A stretch of 32,000 bases of DNA from Candidatus Saccharimonadota bacterium (GCA_030429505.1 JAUIFI010000001.1:570001-602000); one strand, 5' to 3'. Counted from the first letter of the stretch, positions 18,101-25,872 are shown. Numbers and translations: made by a program. The notes: generated by a model from the sequence alone, not told the origin.

Positions 18101-18385
18101 AATCTCATAAAAATCACCCAGAGACATGTCTTTTTTTACCAAATGAAGCTTTCCTGGGAAAAAAAGCTCTGCCGCCGAACCAATATGATCAAATTTTTCA
18201 TCAGTAGAAGCCCACAACACATTCGAAAAATCTGTCGAATCAAGAAGTTGACTGATCACAAAAGACTTCGCCGTCACATTCCCCACATTAACCAACGTCA
18301 AACACTTATTTTTCTCAAGAACATCGATCTGTGTACTCAAATCAAAGCTAAATGGACGAAGTGGAACAAGAGAATCAGAACCCAT
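15140..18385 (-). CDS. mfd: Transcription-repair coupling factor Mfd
   Basis: It has the superfamily-2 helicase motifs (GDVGFGKTEIAMRSAF, VIDEEQRFGV, LTMTATPIPRTL, QLRGRVGRR) and a CarD/RID-like segment (GNLVVHSDHGLAKFDGI). The first ATG is at 18385; the ORF-track TTG is at 18403. Confidence 0.95.
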   Translation of the reverse strand: MGSDSLVPLRPFSFDLSTQIDVLEKNKCLTLVNVGNVTAKSFVISQLLDSTDFSNVLWASTDEKFDHIGSAAELFFPGKLHLVKKDMSLGDFYEIRDLMAREEKYLFLFEDLESLMSQSFPTEDDIVSAKISLKKGQKLRIFELFEKLEALGYMTAEENILKRGEFVRRGDTLFLFPENALMCFRIELFGDQIEGIYEFDQISDEGAARSSLEHECKVMEIFPVRFSEERKGTFFDMIDGCKKSLFISDDLDQALHPRGDFSTILFTTFPDNNELFFHLNFFSVLPFYTIPDFVVDIKERLRREFDIVIMTKKFDEVTRIFRDNEVMFTEKLGDKTPSTVKIIRSGRESFLPHSFQNNDQKLFFLTDREIFKFARSSRQKKTITNVNLDLMTSLKPGNLVVHSDHGLAKFDGIVRRDLGDAFGGIREYLKLCYAGTDKLFVPVESAEKITKFIGDTEPKLTKLGSSEWTQSQRKLKAEAEKIAKELLALYAKRSLSKGKKFASDDEMLKDFCDGFPYELTPGQAQTWSDVKQDLENPRPMDRLVCGDVGFGKTEIAMRSAFKCFRSGMQAVILAPITILAEQHYQNFMKRIVGKNYGVRVALLSRFQTAKDQKQILSDIEHGLVDIVIGTHRVLSDDIKFQKLGLIVIDEEQRFGVKQKEKLKKLRASVDILTMTATPIPRTLNMGLNKLKDISTITTPPPGRLPVVTEVRKYNLNLIRDRILLELKRGGQVYFLHNRVETIEAQAAQLRALIPEAKFLVAHGQLAPLELEKRIRAFKEAEYDVLVASTIIENGIDLPNANTLLVNFAEKFGLSQLYQLRGRVGRRRLQAYAYFLYHGQKLELEAKKRLRAIVEASELGSGFQIAMRDLEIRGAGDILGVGQSGTLKSVGVSHFMRMLQKTIEEMKSGEVSMDIEEEKAITVEIPLSAYIPARFIPQTQEKIQVYKELASVQSKEQLDDLRKDLREDYGALPVEVENLCKVIALKLLLREVNIEGVRINRSSHRSMEIVLRMGEKFTPDQIFGLVQHSKNKWVITANALKLAVPKLPVNWYDDLVSDVKLLRIKKKSSKRGDGRKIKNVKD

Positions 18386-18452
18386 CAGAAGAAACCAAAA
18401 CAAAAAAATACAACAAAACGATCAATAAAAATTATGCTGAGATAAAAAATGC

Positions 18453-18494
18453 AAAAAACACCCGCTCAAGCTAAAGGGGGGGAACTTGAGCGGG
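18453..18494 (-). terminator. Intrinsic terminator between dnaN and mfd
   Basis: On the minus strand, CCCGCTCAAG (18494-18485) pairs perfectly over 10 bp with CTTGAGCGGG (18470-18461). TGTTTTTTGCATTTTTT follows. Confidence 0.75.
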
Positions 18495-18499
18495 CATTC

Positions 18500-19603
18500 T
18501 TACATTTTCAAAGGCATGATCAAATGGATAAAATCTTTATCTTTTACAGGACGAATAATAGCCGGGTTTGCCTTTCCTTCCAGTTCTATTTTTATTTTTT
18601 CATCACCTGACAACGCCCCTACTGCATCCAAAACATAATCAGAATTCAAAGCAATGGTATTTGGCTGACCGGTAAGTTTGACAGAAATCTTTGTCTTTTC
18701 TTCTCCTACTTCAGTAGCATCAGTCGAAAGCACTAAAGAATTATCACTCAAAAACTCTAACTTCATATGTTGATTATTTTCCTTAGCAAAGATAGACACC
18801 CTTCTCACCGCCAGATCAAATTCCTCACGAGATATCTCCACCGTGGACACAACATTCTTGGGAATAATCTGCTTATAATCAGGGAACTGTCCTTCAATCA
18901 AGCGAGAAATAAGCTCTGTCCTTCCCACTACAAACAAGACCTGATTATCTGTAACCGTTACCGTTACTGTATTATTTCCCCCTGCCAAACGATCCGCCTC
19001 CAAAACAGCCCGTACCGGAACTACGCACGTCACTTCCTTCGCCTCTGTTTTTAAAGCAATAATCTTCTCACTCAAACGATACGAATCCGTAGCCGCCATA
19101 CGTAATTCTGATTTATTCGCCGAAAAATAAACTCCAGACAAAATTGGTCGAGAAGAATGCTCTTGTGCCGCAAAAGCCACCTTTTGCACAGAGGATCGAA
19201 ACACATCCGCCGGAATCTCCAATTTCGTTCCACCTTCAACCTTCGCCAAAGAAGGAAATTCATCAGCAGAAATTCCCTTAATTTTCGTCTGAGAAGTTTT
19301 CGAACGAATCTCCAACGTATTTCCACCGGAAGCTGAAATCTCCATCTCATCAGCCTTGGAAAGCAAGGATACATACGATGTCAAAATCTTAGCCGGAACC
19401 GTTACCGCCCCTTCATTCTTAACCGTAGCTTCACTAAAAGTAGAAATAGAAATCTCTAGATTCGTAGCCGAAAAATGAACTTTCTTTCCTTCTGCTCGAA
19501 TAAGAATATTTCCAAGCACCGGTAAGCTATTAGCTCCTGAAACAGCCCGAGATACAATCTTGAGACTTTCTAAAAACGACTCTTGCGCAATTACAAATTT
19601 CAT
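18500..19603 (-). CDS. dnaN: DNA polymerase III beta sliding clamp
   Basis: 367 aa. MKFVIAQESFLESLKIVSRAV...LPVLGNILI...ATDSYRLSEK...RLIEGQFPDYKQIIP...IIRP...LIMPLKM are canonical DnaN blocks. Confidence 0.95.
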   Translation of the reverse strand: MKFVIAQESFLESLKIVSRAVSGANSLPVLGNILIRAEGKKVHFSATNLEISISTFSEATVKNEGAVTVPAKILTSYVSLLSKADEMEISASGGNTLEIRSKTSQTKIKGISADEFPSLAKVEGGTKLEIPADVFRSSVQKVAFAAQEHSSRPILSGVYFSANKSELRMAATDSYRLSEKIIALKTEAKEVTCVVPVRAVLEADRLAGGNNTVTVTVTDNQVLFVVGRTELISRLIEGQFPDYKQIIPKNVVSTVEISREEFDLAVRRVSIFAKENNQHMKLEFLSDNSLVLSTDATEVGEEKTKISVKLTGQPNTIALNSDYVLDAVGALSGDEKIKIELEGKANPAIIRPVKDKDFIHLIMPLKM

Positions 19604-19679
19604 AGTCGGTCACATAGTATCCAAAAACTAAAACAGAGCAACCAATTTTTCAAAAAATTTTCAGAGAAAAAAAACTTCA

Positions 19680-20324
19680 TTATTCACTTATTTCCCCGCT
19701 TGATTCATTCGAAACTCCTCCCCGCAATTCTCCACTCCCAAACATCATCTCCTGATACTGAACCAAAAGTTTTTGTAAAGAAGATAAATCAAATTCTTGA
19801 ACATTATTTGTATTCAAAAATTCCTGTAACATCTCAGATAAAAAATGCGCTAAAGCCTGCACAAAACCATCAATCTCTTTTAAATCAACTAAACGATTCG
19901 TCGCCGACACTCTATCCGCTGAAAAAATAAACCACCACCACAGAGACAATCGCTCCTGTAAACGAGATTCAAGAGGAAATACAGAAAAATCAGCCCTCAC
20001 ATCCATATCATCATGAAATTCTTTCATACAAATCTGTCCTGCATCATCTGACACCAAAGACAAAAGAGCTAAAATCGTCAAACTTGGAATTCCGTGATTA
20101 ATCAAAAAAATCACAAACTTTAGTCTTACGCCCGACAAACCAACAATCAACTGCGCCAAATACAAGTCAAAACCATGCGCCTTACTTTCATCTTTAGCAA
20201 TTTTTTGCAACTGCGCCTGTGCAGCTACCATCCGTTCACGAAGCTGTTCATCAGATTCACTAATCTCCACATCCTGCCCCAAAACCAAATCATCTAAACT
20301 CTCCATGCCACCCTCAGCAACCAT
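19680..20324 (-). CDS. Hypothetical acidic protein with no recognisable family
   Basis: 214-aa ORF with an ATG at 20324 (an alternative ATG is at 20306). It has acidic termini and a central hydrophobic stretch. It is co-oriented between rpmA and dnaN. Confidence 0.5.
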   Translation of the reverse strand: MVAEGGMESLDDLVLGQDVEISESDEQLRERMVAAQAQLQKIAKDESKAHGFDLYLAQLIVGLSGVRLKFVIFLINHGIPSLTILALLSLVSDDAGQICMKEFHDDMDVRADFSVFPLESRLQERLSLWWWFIFSADRVSATNRLVDLKEIDGFVQALAHFLSEMLQEFLNTNNVQEFDLSSLQKLLVQYQEMMFGSGELRGGVSNESSGEISE

Positions 20325-20413
20325 AAATAATGCTATAAAAAAATATCAAAAACAGTATGCCACAAACAAAAAGAGGTTCAAGACAAAACACCGCAACCCG
20401 TTCCGATTATTCG

Positions 20414-20701
20414 TTAACTCTTTCCTACCGGCTGAATCCCTACAAACTTTTTTTCATATCGTCGTCCATCAAAGCGACGCACCGCTTTTTCTGTAAAATT
20501 CACTATCCCAGACTCTAGCGCAAACAAAGTAAAATCACGCCCCATTCCCACATTCGTACCAGGTCGAAAGACAGTCCCCTTTTGACGCACTAAAACTTCG
20601 CCAGCCTTCACCACTTGCCCACCAAAGCGTTTGACGCCTCGTCGCTTCGCCGCCGAATCGCGACCGTTTCTCGATGATCCTCCCGCCTTCTTGTGAGCCA
20701 T
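20414..20701 (-). CDS. rpmA: 50S ribosomal protein L27
   Basis: [61 protein letters not shown] is canonical L27. Confidence 0.96.
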   Translation of the reverse strand: MAHKKAGGSSRNGRDSAAKRRGVKRFGGQVVKAGEVLVRQKGTVFRPGTNVGMGRDFTLFALESGIVNFTEKAVRRFDGRRYEKKFVGIQPVGKS

Positions 20702-20722
20702 GTGAATTTAGTAAGTGACGAG

Positions 20723-20751
20723 ATAGTAGTCAGGAACAGATAAAATGTCAA
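20723..20751 (-). promoter_or_regulatory. Putative rpmA promoter (TTGACA-17-TACTAT)
   Basis: Minus strand: -35 at 20751-20746 and -10 at 20728-20723, 21 nt upstream of the rpmA ATG. Confidence 0.45.
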
Positions 20752-20861
20752 ACAAAGTTTCTCTTTAAATCCTCAGAGAGTCAGAGAAGCATTATAAAAT
20801 TTAATACAACACCCCTAAGACTCATAAAATTTATACTTGCGCAAAATTAGTAGGAAAAAGG

Positions 20862-21101
20862 CTAGTTCACCGAATCATAAGACCTCGCCTTTATAAAAAA
20901 GACGATAATAGAACTCAGTATACCAATTCCCAAAGCTATGCCCAAAGATAACCAAAAATTAAGGGAAAAAATCGAAATAACGAAGGCTAAAATAGTCACA
21001 ACTAAAGAAATCAAAAAGGATTTCACTAGTATCTGACATCCTGGAGTAAAAAACATCCCTCCTCCGTCAAATTGATGCACTTGTTGATATTGATCTTCCA
21101 T
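20862..21101 (-). CDS. Hypothetical small membrane protein (two TM helices)
   Basis: 79 aa. The ATG at 21101 is preceded by AAGGAAG 7 nt upstream. Hydrophobic segments are LISLVVTILAFVISIFSL and LSLGIALGIGILSSIIVFFI. Confidence 0.55.
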   Translation of the reverse strand: MEDQYQQVHQFDGGGMFFTPGCQILVKSFLISLVVTILAFVISIFSLNFWLSLGIALGIGILSSIIVFFIKARSYDSVN

Positions 21102-21241
21102 AAACAGACTTCCTTGTTAATAATAAAAAAACTAATAAATACTTCTCTCTCAAAAGATTCAAAGAACAATGAATAAATAAAGAAAAAAATGAAACAGTCA
21201 AGCAGGAAATTCTTATCCTAACTTCGTCACCAAAGAAAAAA

Positions 21242-21466
21242 ACTAAAAACAACACGAACCGAACAGGTGTGCGGCAAGCAAGATGAGACGAAATAACCAA
21301 TTCAACGCGAACACGGGGTAGCTGAGCACGAGTAGGATGAACGGGTGTAGCGAGTGAATCCGTAAACGAGAGCGAAGACCTCCGTGTGAGCGAGAGGAAT
21401 GGTCACGAAGTAATGCGAATTTTTGGCAACGCCAAAAATGAGCCAAACGAAGTGACCCAATGACGA
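21242..21466. other. GC-rich, strongly purine-skewed block with no credible ORF, abutting tRNA-Gly; function unknown
   Basis: Hand counts over 21301-21420 give about 53% G+C and about 66% purine on the + strand, against AT-rich flanks. All three + frames contain stops. The only open frame is on the pyrimidine-rich strand, has a TTG start and no RBS. Loosely reiterated words occur: AACGGGTGTAGCGAG, CCGTGTGAGCGAG and ACGAGAGCGAAG. Confidence 0.4.
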
Positions 21467-21541
21467 TGGAGCGCGTAACGGGAATCGAACCCGTGTCTCA
21501 GCCTTGGCAAGGCCGTGTAATAGCCACTATACGATACGCGC
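21467..21541 (-). tRNA. tRNA-Gly(GCC) with encoded CCA
   Basis: The minus strand reads GCGCGTATCGTATAGTGGCTATTACACGGCCTTGCCAAGGCTGAGACACGGGTTCGATTCCCGTTACGCGCTCCA. The anticodon loop is TTGCCAA and the T-arm is ACGGG-TTCGATT-CCCGT. Confidence 0.92.
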
Positions 21542-21618
21542 GTCTCGATAAAAAAGAGCTTATCCATTGTAAAAACTTGCACTCAAACGGTCAAGACAAA
21601 GCAAATATTGAAACAATT

Positions 21619-21648
21619 AAAAACACCGGGATATCTCCCGGTGTTTTT
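21619..21648. terminator. Strong bidirectional intrinsic terminator immediately downstream of rpoB
   Basis: AAAAACACCGGGA-TATC-TCCCGGTGTTTTT forms a 9-bp GC-rich stem with a 4-nt loop. An A-run and a T-run flank it, so it is functional-looking on both strands. It lies 25 nt past the rpoB stop. Confidence 0.8.
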
Positions 21649-21672
21649 AAATAAATAACCTAAACAGGACAA

Positions 21673-24600
21673 TTAATCTTCTTCTTTTATCTCACTATCA
21701 TCAGGTCCTTCCATTGCTTCGATTCCCGTCTCTTCATCACTCATCGTCATCCCGACCGCAGCACCAACCAAACCGTCTTCCTCAATCGTTTCTTTAAAAT
21801 CTTCTGATTCAGAAATCATCTCTTTTTCTCCTTCTGTAGGAGTTTCTGAAGCTTTAGCAAGTTCCGCTTGCCGTCGTTCTAATACATCAGAAACCTCTCC
21901 GTCATGAAGTAAATCCACCTTAAGACCTAAAGCTTGAAGCTCTTTAATCAAGACATTGAAAGACTCAGGAATAGATAGAAGCTCAATAGGTTCATCCTTC
22001 ACAATCGCTTCATAGGCCTTCGCCCGACCTTGAACATCATCGGATTTAATAGTGAGCATTTCCTGCAAGGTATATGCAGCGCCATAGGCCTCCAAAGCCC
22101 ATACCTCCATCTCCCCAAACCGTTGTCCTCCATTCTGAGCTTTTCCTCCAAAAGGCTGCTGAGTTACCAAAGAATACGGACCAACTGAACGAGCATGAAT
22201 CTTATCTTCCACCAAGTGACTGAGCTTCAACATATAAGTAATACCAACTACTGATCGATGATCAAGCGGCTGCCCTGTACGTCCATCATACAATTGAAAT
22301 TTTCCATCTTCCGGTAATTTGTTCTCACGCAAAAAATCCTGAATTCGATCCATCTTAATTCCCTGCAACACCGGCGTAGCCACTCGAATCCCCATTTTAT
22401 GAGCCGCCATTCCAATATGAGTCTCTAAAATTTGACCGATATTCATCCGAGAAGAAACCCCTAGAGGATTTAAAATAATGTCTACTGGAGTTCCATCTTC
22501 CAAATATGGCATATCTTCAGACGGTACAATCCGAGAAATTACACCTTTGTTTCCATGACGTCCCGCCATCTTGTCTCCAGCTTCCAAGTGGCGCATTTGT
22601 GCAACCTTTACTTGAATTCGTTTCAAAACTCCATTTGGTAAGTCATCTCCGACACTTCGATCTAAAACCGATACCTCAATCACCTTTCCTCCAGACCCTC
22701 GAGGCAAACGCAAAGAAGAATCTTTTACATCATGAGCTTTTTCTCCAAAAATAGCTCGAAGCAGTCGATCTTCAGCCGTAAGCTCCGTTTCTCCTTTTGG
22801 CGTTACTTTTCCAGCTAAAATATCACCCGCTAAAACTGTAGCACCAATACGCACCAACCCACTTTCATCCAAATCCTTAAGCTTCGAAGCCGCAACATTT
22901 GGAATATCAGCCGTCAATTCTTCAGGTCCTAATTTAGTATCACGCACATCCAACTCATACTTCTCAATATGAATCGAATTAAAAAGTCCTTCCTTCACAA
23001 TCCGGTCAGACATAATCACCGCATCCTCGTAGTTATAACCACTCCAAGACACATACGCGACTAGTAAGTTCTGCCCTAAAGCCAATTCACCATTTTGTAC
23101 TGACGCTCCATCTATCAACACATCTCCTTTCTTAACCTTATCCTTGGCCTCTACCCGAGGACGCTGAGTAATACAAGTCGACTGATTCGACCGGAAAAAA
23201 TTATGAATCGGATACGTGAGTTTTTTTCCTGATTTTGTCACCAACACCACTTCATTAGCATCCGCATACTTAATCTCTCCACTTTCAGGAGCACGAATAC
23301 ATTGATCAAAAGAAGTAATTTTTTCCATACCCGTCCCCACGATCGGAGCTTGAGGTTTGATCAAAGGCACAGCTTGACGTTGCATGTTTGACCCCATCAA
23401 AGCTCGAGTATTATCATCATGCTCCAAGAAAGAAATCAAAGAAGTCGATAAAGACACCAGCTGCTTAGGAGATACATCAATATGCGTCACATTCGATTCA
23501 TGATACGACCCCGCTTCATAATTCTTACGAGCCGAAATTTGTTTTTTCGTAAACTCTCCATTTTCTTTCAAAGCTGTATTCGCTTGAGCAATACACATGG
23601 ATTTTTCAGCTTCTGCATCATAGTATTGTACTTCATCCGTCACATATCCCATCACAGGAATCTCTTTTAAACTTTTTATTCCTTTTAAAGTTTTTGCTAA
23701 TTTGTCATCCACTACGTCATTCTTTTTCGCAACAACTTTTTTCCCATCCTTTATCTCCGCTGCCAACATTCTTCCCACAGCTGACGTTCCATCATTCAAC
23801 GCCACATGAGACACCTTTCGATAAGGAGTTTCGATAAACCCATACGGATTCACCTTAGCATACGATGCCAAGTGAAGCACCAAACCAATATTCGGTCCCT
23901 CAGGCGTCGTCACCGGACAAATCCGACCATAATGAGACGGATGCACATCCCGTACTTCAAACGAAGCTCGTTCACGAGATAATCCTCCAGGTCCCATAGC
24001 CGAAATTCTTCGCTTATGTTCCAATTCGGCCAAAGGATTCGTCTGATCCATAAACTGTGACAATTGCGCTGACGCAAAAAACTCATGCATAGCTGCTGTA
24101 ATTGGTCGACAGTTCACGATCTGAGTCGGAGTAACAGCCTCCATGTCCACAATTGACATTCTATCTCGAACAATACGTTCTGTTCGAAGCAGTCCTACTC
24201 GAAATTTATTTTGCACCAATTCTCCAACTCCTCGGATTCGACGATTTGCCAAATGATCGATATCATCAGCTCCATCACCTCGTCCTTCGTTAAGCAGAAG
24301 AATTTCACGAATCATCTCAACAAAATCTTCAATCCGAAACACCCGCCCCTTTTCATCATCCTTCACTTTCAAATTGAATCGCTTGTTAATCTTGTATCGA
24401 GCAATTGGTCCCAAGTCATACTTACGAATACTACAAAACATATCATCAATAAAATTGTGAGCATTATCAGGCGTAGCCAAATCTCCTGGACGGATTCGTT
24501 TATACACTCCTTGCCAAGCTTCCTTCGCCTCAGATGATTCATCTTTTTCCAAAGTCTTCGCAATGGAATTTTCTTCCAAATCTTTTGTAATATCAGCAAA

Positions 24601-25245
24601 CAAGTCCAAAATCTTCTTATTAGTTTCATACCCAAACGCCCGCAGGAACATCGTGACTGGAATCTTTCTCTTTCGATCAACCTTAACCCAAATTAAACCT
24701 TTCTTATCAGTCTCTACCTCCAACCACGCTCCTCGTTTCGGAATCATTTTAGCATTATACTTTCCCTTGACTGATACACTATGAGCAAAGAAAATTCCCG
24801 GACTCCGTACAATCTGAGACACGATAATCCGCTCAATTCCATTAATGACAAATGTACCTTTTTCTGTAATCCGTGGAATCTGACCAAAATACACATCCTG
24901 TTCCTTGATTTCCCCTGTTTCTAGATTCGTCAGTGCCACATGCGCCCGAATAATGGATTCATAGGACAACCCCTTTTCCCGGCAAACAACCAAATCATAT
25001 TTTGGCTCTTCAATCTCATAATTCTTAATCTCCAAACGCAATTTTTTTCCTGTCGCATCTTCGATTGGATTAATCGAGTCCAAGAGCTCTTGAATTCCAT
25101 TTTTTAAAAACCACTCATAGGAACTCGTCTGCACCTGAATCAAATCAGGAAACGGAAAATCCTCCGTCACATCAGTAAAATAATAACGACCCCCTTCTTC
25201 TTTGGTAGGGGTCAACTTTGCAGGAAATTTGTATTTTGTCACCAT
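21673..25245 (-). CDS. rpoB: DNA-directed RNA polymerase beta subunit, with an acidic C-terminal tail of about 77 aa
   Basis: 1190 aa. Canonical blocks are present: FGQIPRITEKGTFVINGIERIIVSQIVRSPG, RRISAMGPGGLSRERA, NMQRQAVPL, GRHGNKGVISRIVP and GGQRFGEMEVWALEAYGAAYTLQEMLTIKSDD. Confidence 0.98.
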   Translation of the reverse strand: MVTKYKFPAKLTPTKEEGGRYYFTDVTEDFPFPDLIQVQTSSYEWFLKNGIQELLDSINPIEDATGKKLRLEIKNYEIEEPKYDLVVCREKGLSYESIIRAHVALTNLETGEIKEQDVYFGQIPRITEKGTFVINGIERIIVSQIVRSPGIFFAHSVSVKGKYNAKMIPKRGAWLEVETDKKGLIWVKVDRKRKIPVTMFLRAFGYETNKKILDLFADITKDLEENSIAKTLEKDESSEAKEAWQGVYKRIRPGDLATPDNAHNFIDDMFCSIRKYDLGPIARYKINKRFNLKVKDDEKGRVFRIEDFVEMIREILLLNEGRGDGADDIDHLANRRIRGVGELVQNKFRVGLLRTERIVRDRMSIVDMEAVTPTQIVNCRPITAAMHEFFASAQLSQFMDQTNPLAELEHKRRISAMGPGGLSRERASFEVRDVHPSHYGRICPVTTPEGPNIGLVLHLASYAKVNPYGFIETPYRKVSHVALNDGTSAVGRMLAAEIKDGKKVVAKKNDVVDDKLAKTLKGIKSLKEIPVMGYVTDEVQYYDAEAEKSMCIAQANTALKENGEFTKKQISARKNYEAGSYHESNVTHIDVSPKQLVSLSTSLISFLEHDDNTRALMGSNMQRQAVPLIKPQAPIVGTGMEKITSFDQCIRAPESGEIKYADANEVVLVTKSGKKLTYPIHNFFRSNQSTCITQRPRVEAKDKVKKGDVLIDGASVQNGELALGQNLLVAYVSWSGYNYEDAVIMSDRIVKEGLFNSIHIEKYELDVRDTKLGPEELTADIPNVAASKLKDLDESGLVRIGATVLAGDILAGKVTPKGETELTAEDRLLRAIFGEKAHDVKDSSLRLPRGSGGKVIEVSVLDRSVGDDLPNGVLKRIQVKVAQMRHLEAGDKMAGRHGNKGVISRIVPSEDMPYLEDGTPVDIILNPLGVSSRMNIGQILETHIGMAAHKMGIRVATPVLQGIKMDRIQDFLRENKLPEDGKFQLYDGRTGQPLDHRSVVGITYMLKLSHLVEDKIHARSVGPYSLVTQQPFGGKAQNGGQRFGEMEVWALEAYGAAYTLQEMLTIKSDDVQGRAKAYEAIVKDEPIELLSIPESFNVLIKELQALGLKVDLLHDGEVSDVLERRQAELAKASETPTEGEKEMISESEDFKETIEEDGLVGAAVGMTMSDEETGIEAMEGPDDSEIKEED

Positions 25246-25369
25246 AGCGTTTCAGAATAATAAAGAAAATCCCCCCGAAATAAAAAAGCCCTCAAAAGTT
25301 ACTAAATCAGGGCGCTTGCTTCAGTCTCTGCATTAAATAAAGAGAATCAAAATTTGACAAATCGAAGCC

Positions 25370-25397
25370 ATCATAAGGACCCTTCTCAATATGTCAA
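25370..25397 (-). promoter_or_regulatory. Putative rpoB promoter (TTGACA-16-TATGAT)
   Basis: Minus strand: -35 at 25397-25392 and -10 at 25375-25370. The predicted leader to the rpoB ATG is about 120 nt. Confidence 0.45.
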
Positions 25398-25404
25398 ACT
25401 TTTT

Positions 25405-25432
25405 TTGACCGTCTTTTCATTTTCCCTACAAT
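25405..25432 (+). promoter_or_regulatory. Putative promoter for tRNA-Ser (TTGACC-16-TACAAT)
   Basis: -35 at 25405-25410 and -10 at 25427-25432. It is back-to-back with the rpoB promoter, 94 nt upstream of the tRNA. Confidence 0.4.
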
Positions 25433-25526
25433 ACCCCCGCTTTTTACACAGCAATCATTTTAAAAAACAACGCGATTCGAGCAGATGTTCGACAAGCAAA
25501 AAGCAATGAAGTGATCTAGTGACGAC

Positions 25527-25616
25527 GGAGAGATGCCGGAGTGGTCGAACGGGCACGCCTGGAACGCGTGTGTGGGGGCAACCTCACCGAGGGTTCGAAT
25601 CCCTCTCTCTCCGCCA
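25527..25616 (+). tRNA. tRNA-Ser(GGA), class II, with encoded CCA
   Basis: Acceptor GGAGAGA/TCTCTCC. Anticodon stem CACGC/GCGTG with loop CTGGAAC. Long variable arm TGTGGGGGCAACCTCACC. T-arm GAGGG-TTCGAAT-CCCTC. 3' end GCCA. Confidence 0.93.
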
Positions 25617-25808
25617 TTAAAAATAAACACAGGGTTTATTTCTGTGGTGATTTTTAATAGTTTTAGAACGAGAATCCGAATATGATGTTCAGGGTTCGAT
25701 AATTTGTACTGAGGAGTGAAGCGACGAAGATACAAATTCCTCAATGTATCCGAAGAGCATGAGAGTATCTCTCTCACATCTAAAATTACAGAAAATTTAA
25801 AATACAAT

Positions 25809-25840
25809 AAAAAAAAAGCCGCCCTAGATTGAGTGGCTTT
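25809..25840 (-). terminator. Putative intrinsic terminator after the GNAT gene
   Basis: On the minus strand, AAAGCC...GGCTTT forms a 6-bp stem with a 14-nt loop, followed by a T-run of nine T in total including the stem T residues. Confidence 0.4.
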
Positions 25841-25872
25841 ACGAAAACGACGAAGGTCAGAACGAAGAATGT

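Noticed and set aside
21067-21446. Two minus-strand ORFs (77 aa and 67 aa) covering the GC-rich block
   Set aside because: They lie on the pyrimidine-rich strand, where stop codons are compositionally rare. The 67-aa frame starts at TTG with no RBS. The 77-aa frame overlaps the real 79-aa gene start. The sequences are Leu/Arg/Ser/Phe-rich, typical of non-coding frames.
21242-21466. Identity of the GC-rich block as RNase P RNA, SRP/4.5S RNA, tmRNA, 6S RNA or a TPP riboswitch
   Set aside because: There are local word resemblances: GTGCGGCAAGC to RNase P GGUGCGGUAAGAGC, GAGGAATGGTC to GAGGAAAGUCC, and GGGGTAGCTGAG...TGAAC to the TPP riboswitch. However, they occur in the wrong order or lack their pairing partners. 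The SRP GGAA-tetraloop helix and the tmRNA tRNA-like ends are absent. The purine skew precludes the extensive helices these RNAs need.
25691-25699. AGGGTTCGA repeat of the tRNA-Ser T-arm as an att-site scar of an integrated element carrying the GNAT gene
   Set aside because: Only 9 nt match. The copy lies 75 nt from the tRNA end, before the GNAT gene rather than beyond it. I found no second copy distal to the GNAT or RNA locus, and no integrase is present.
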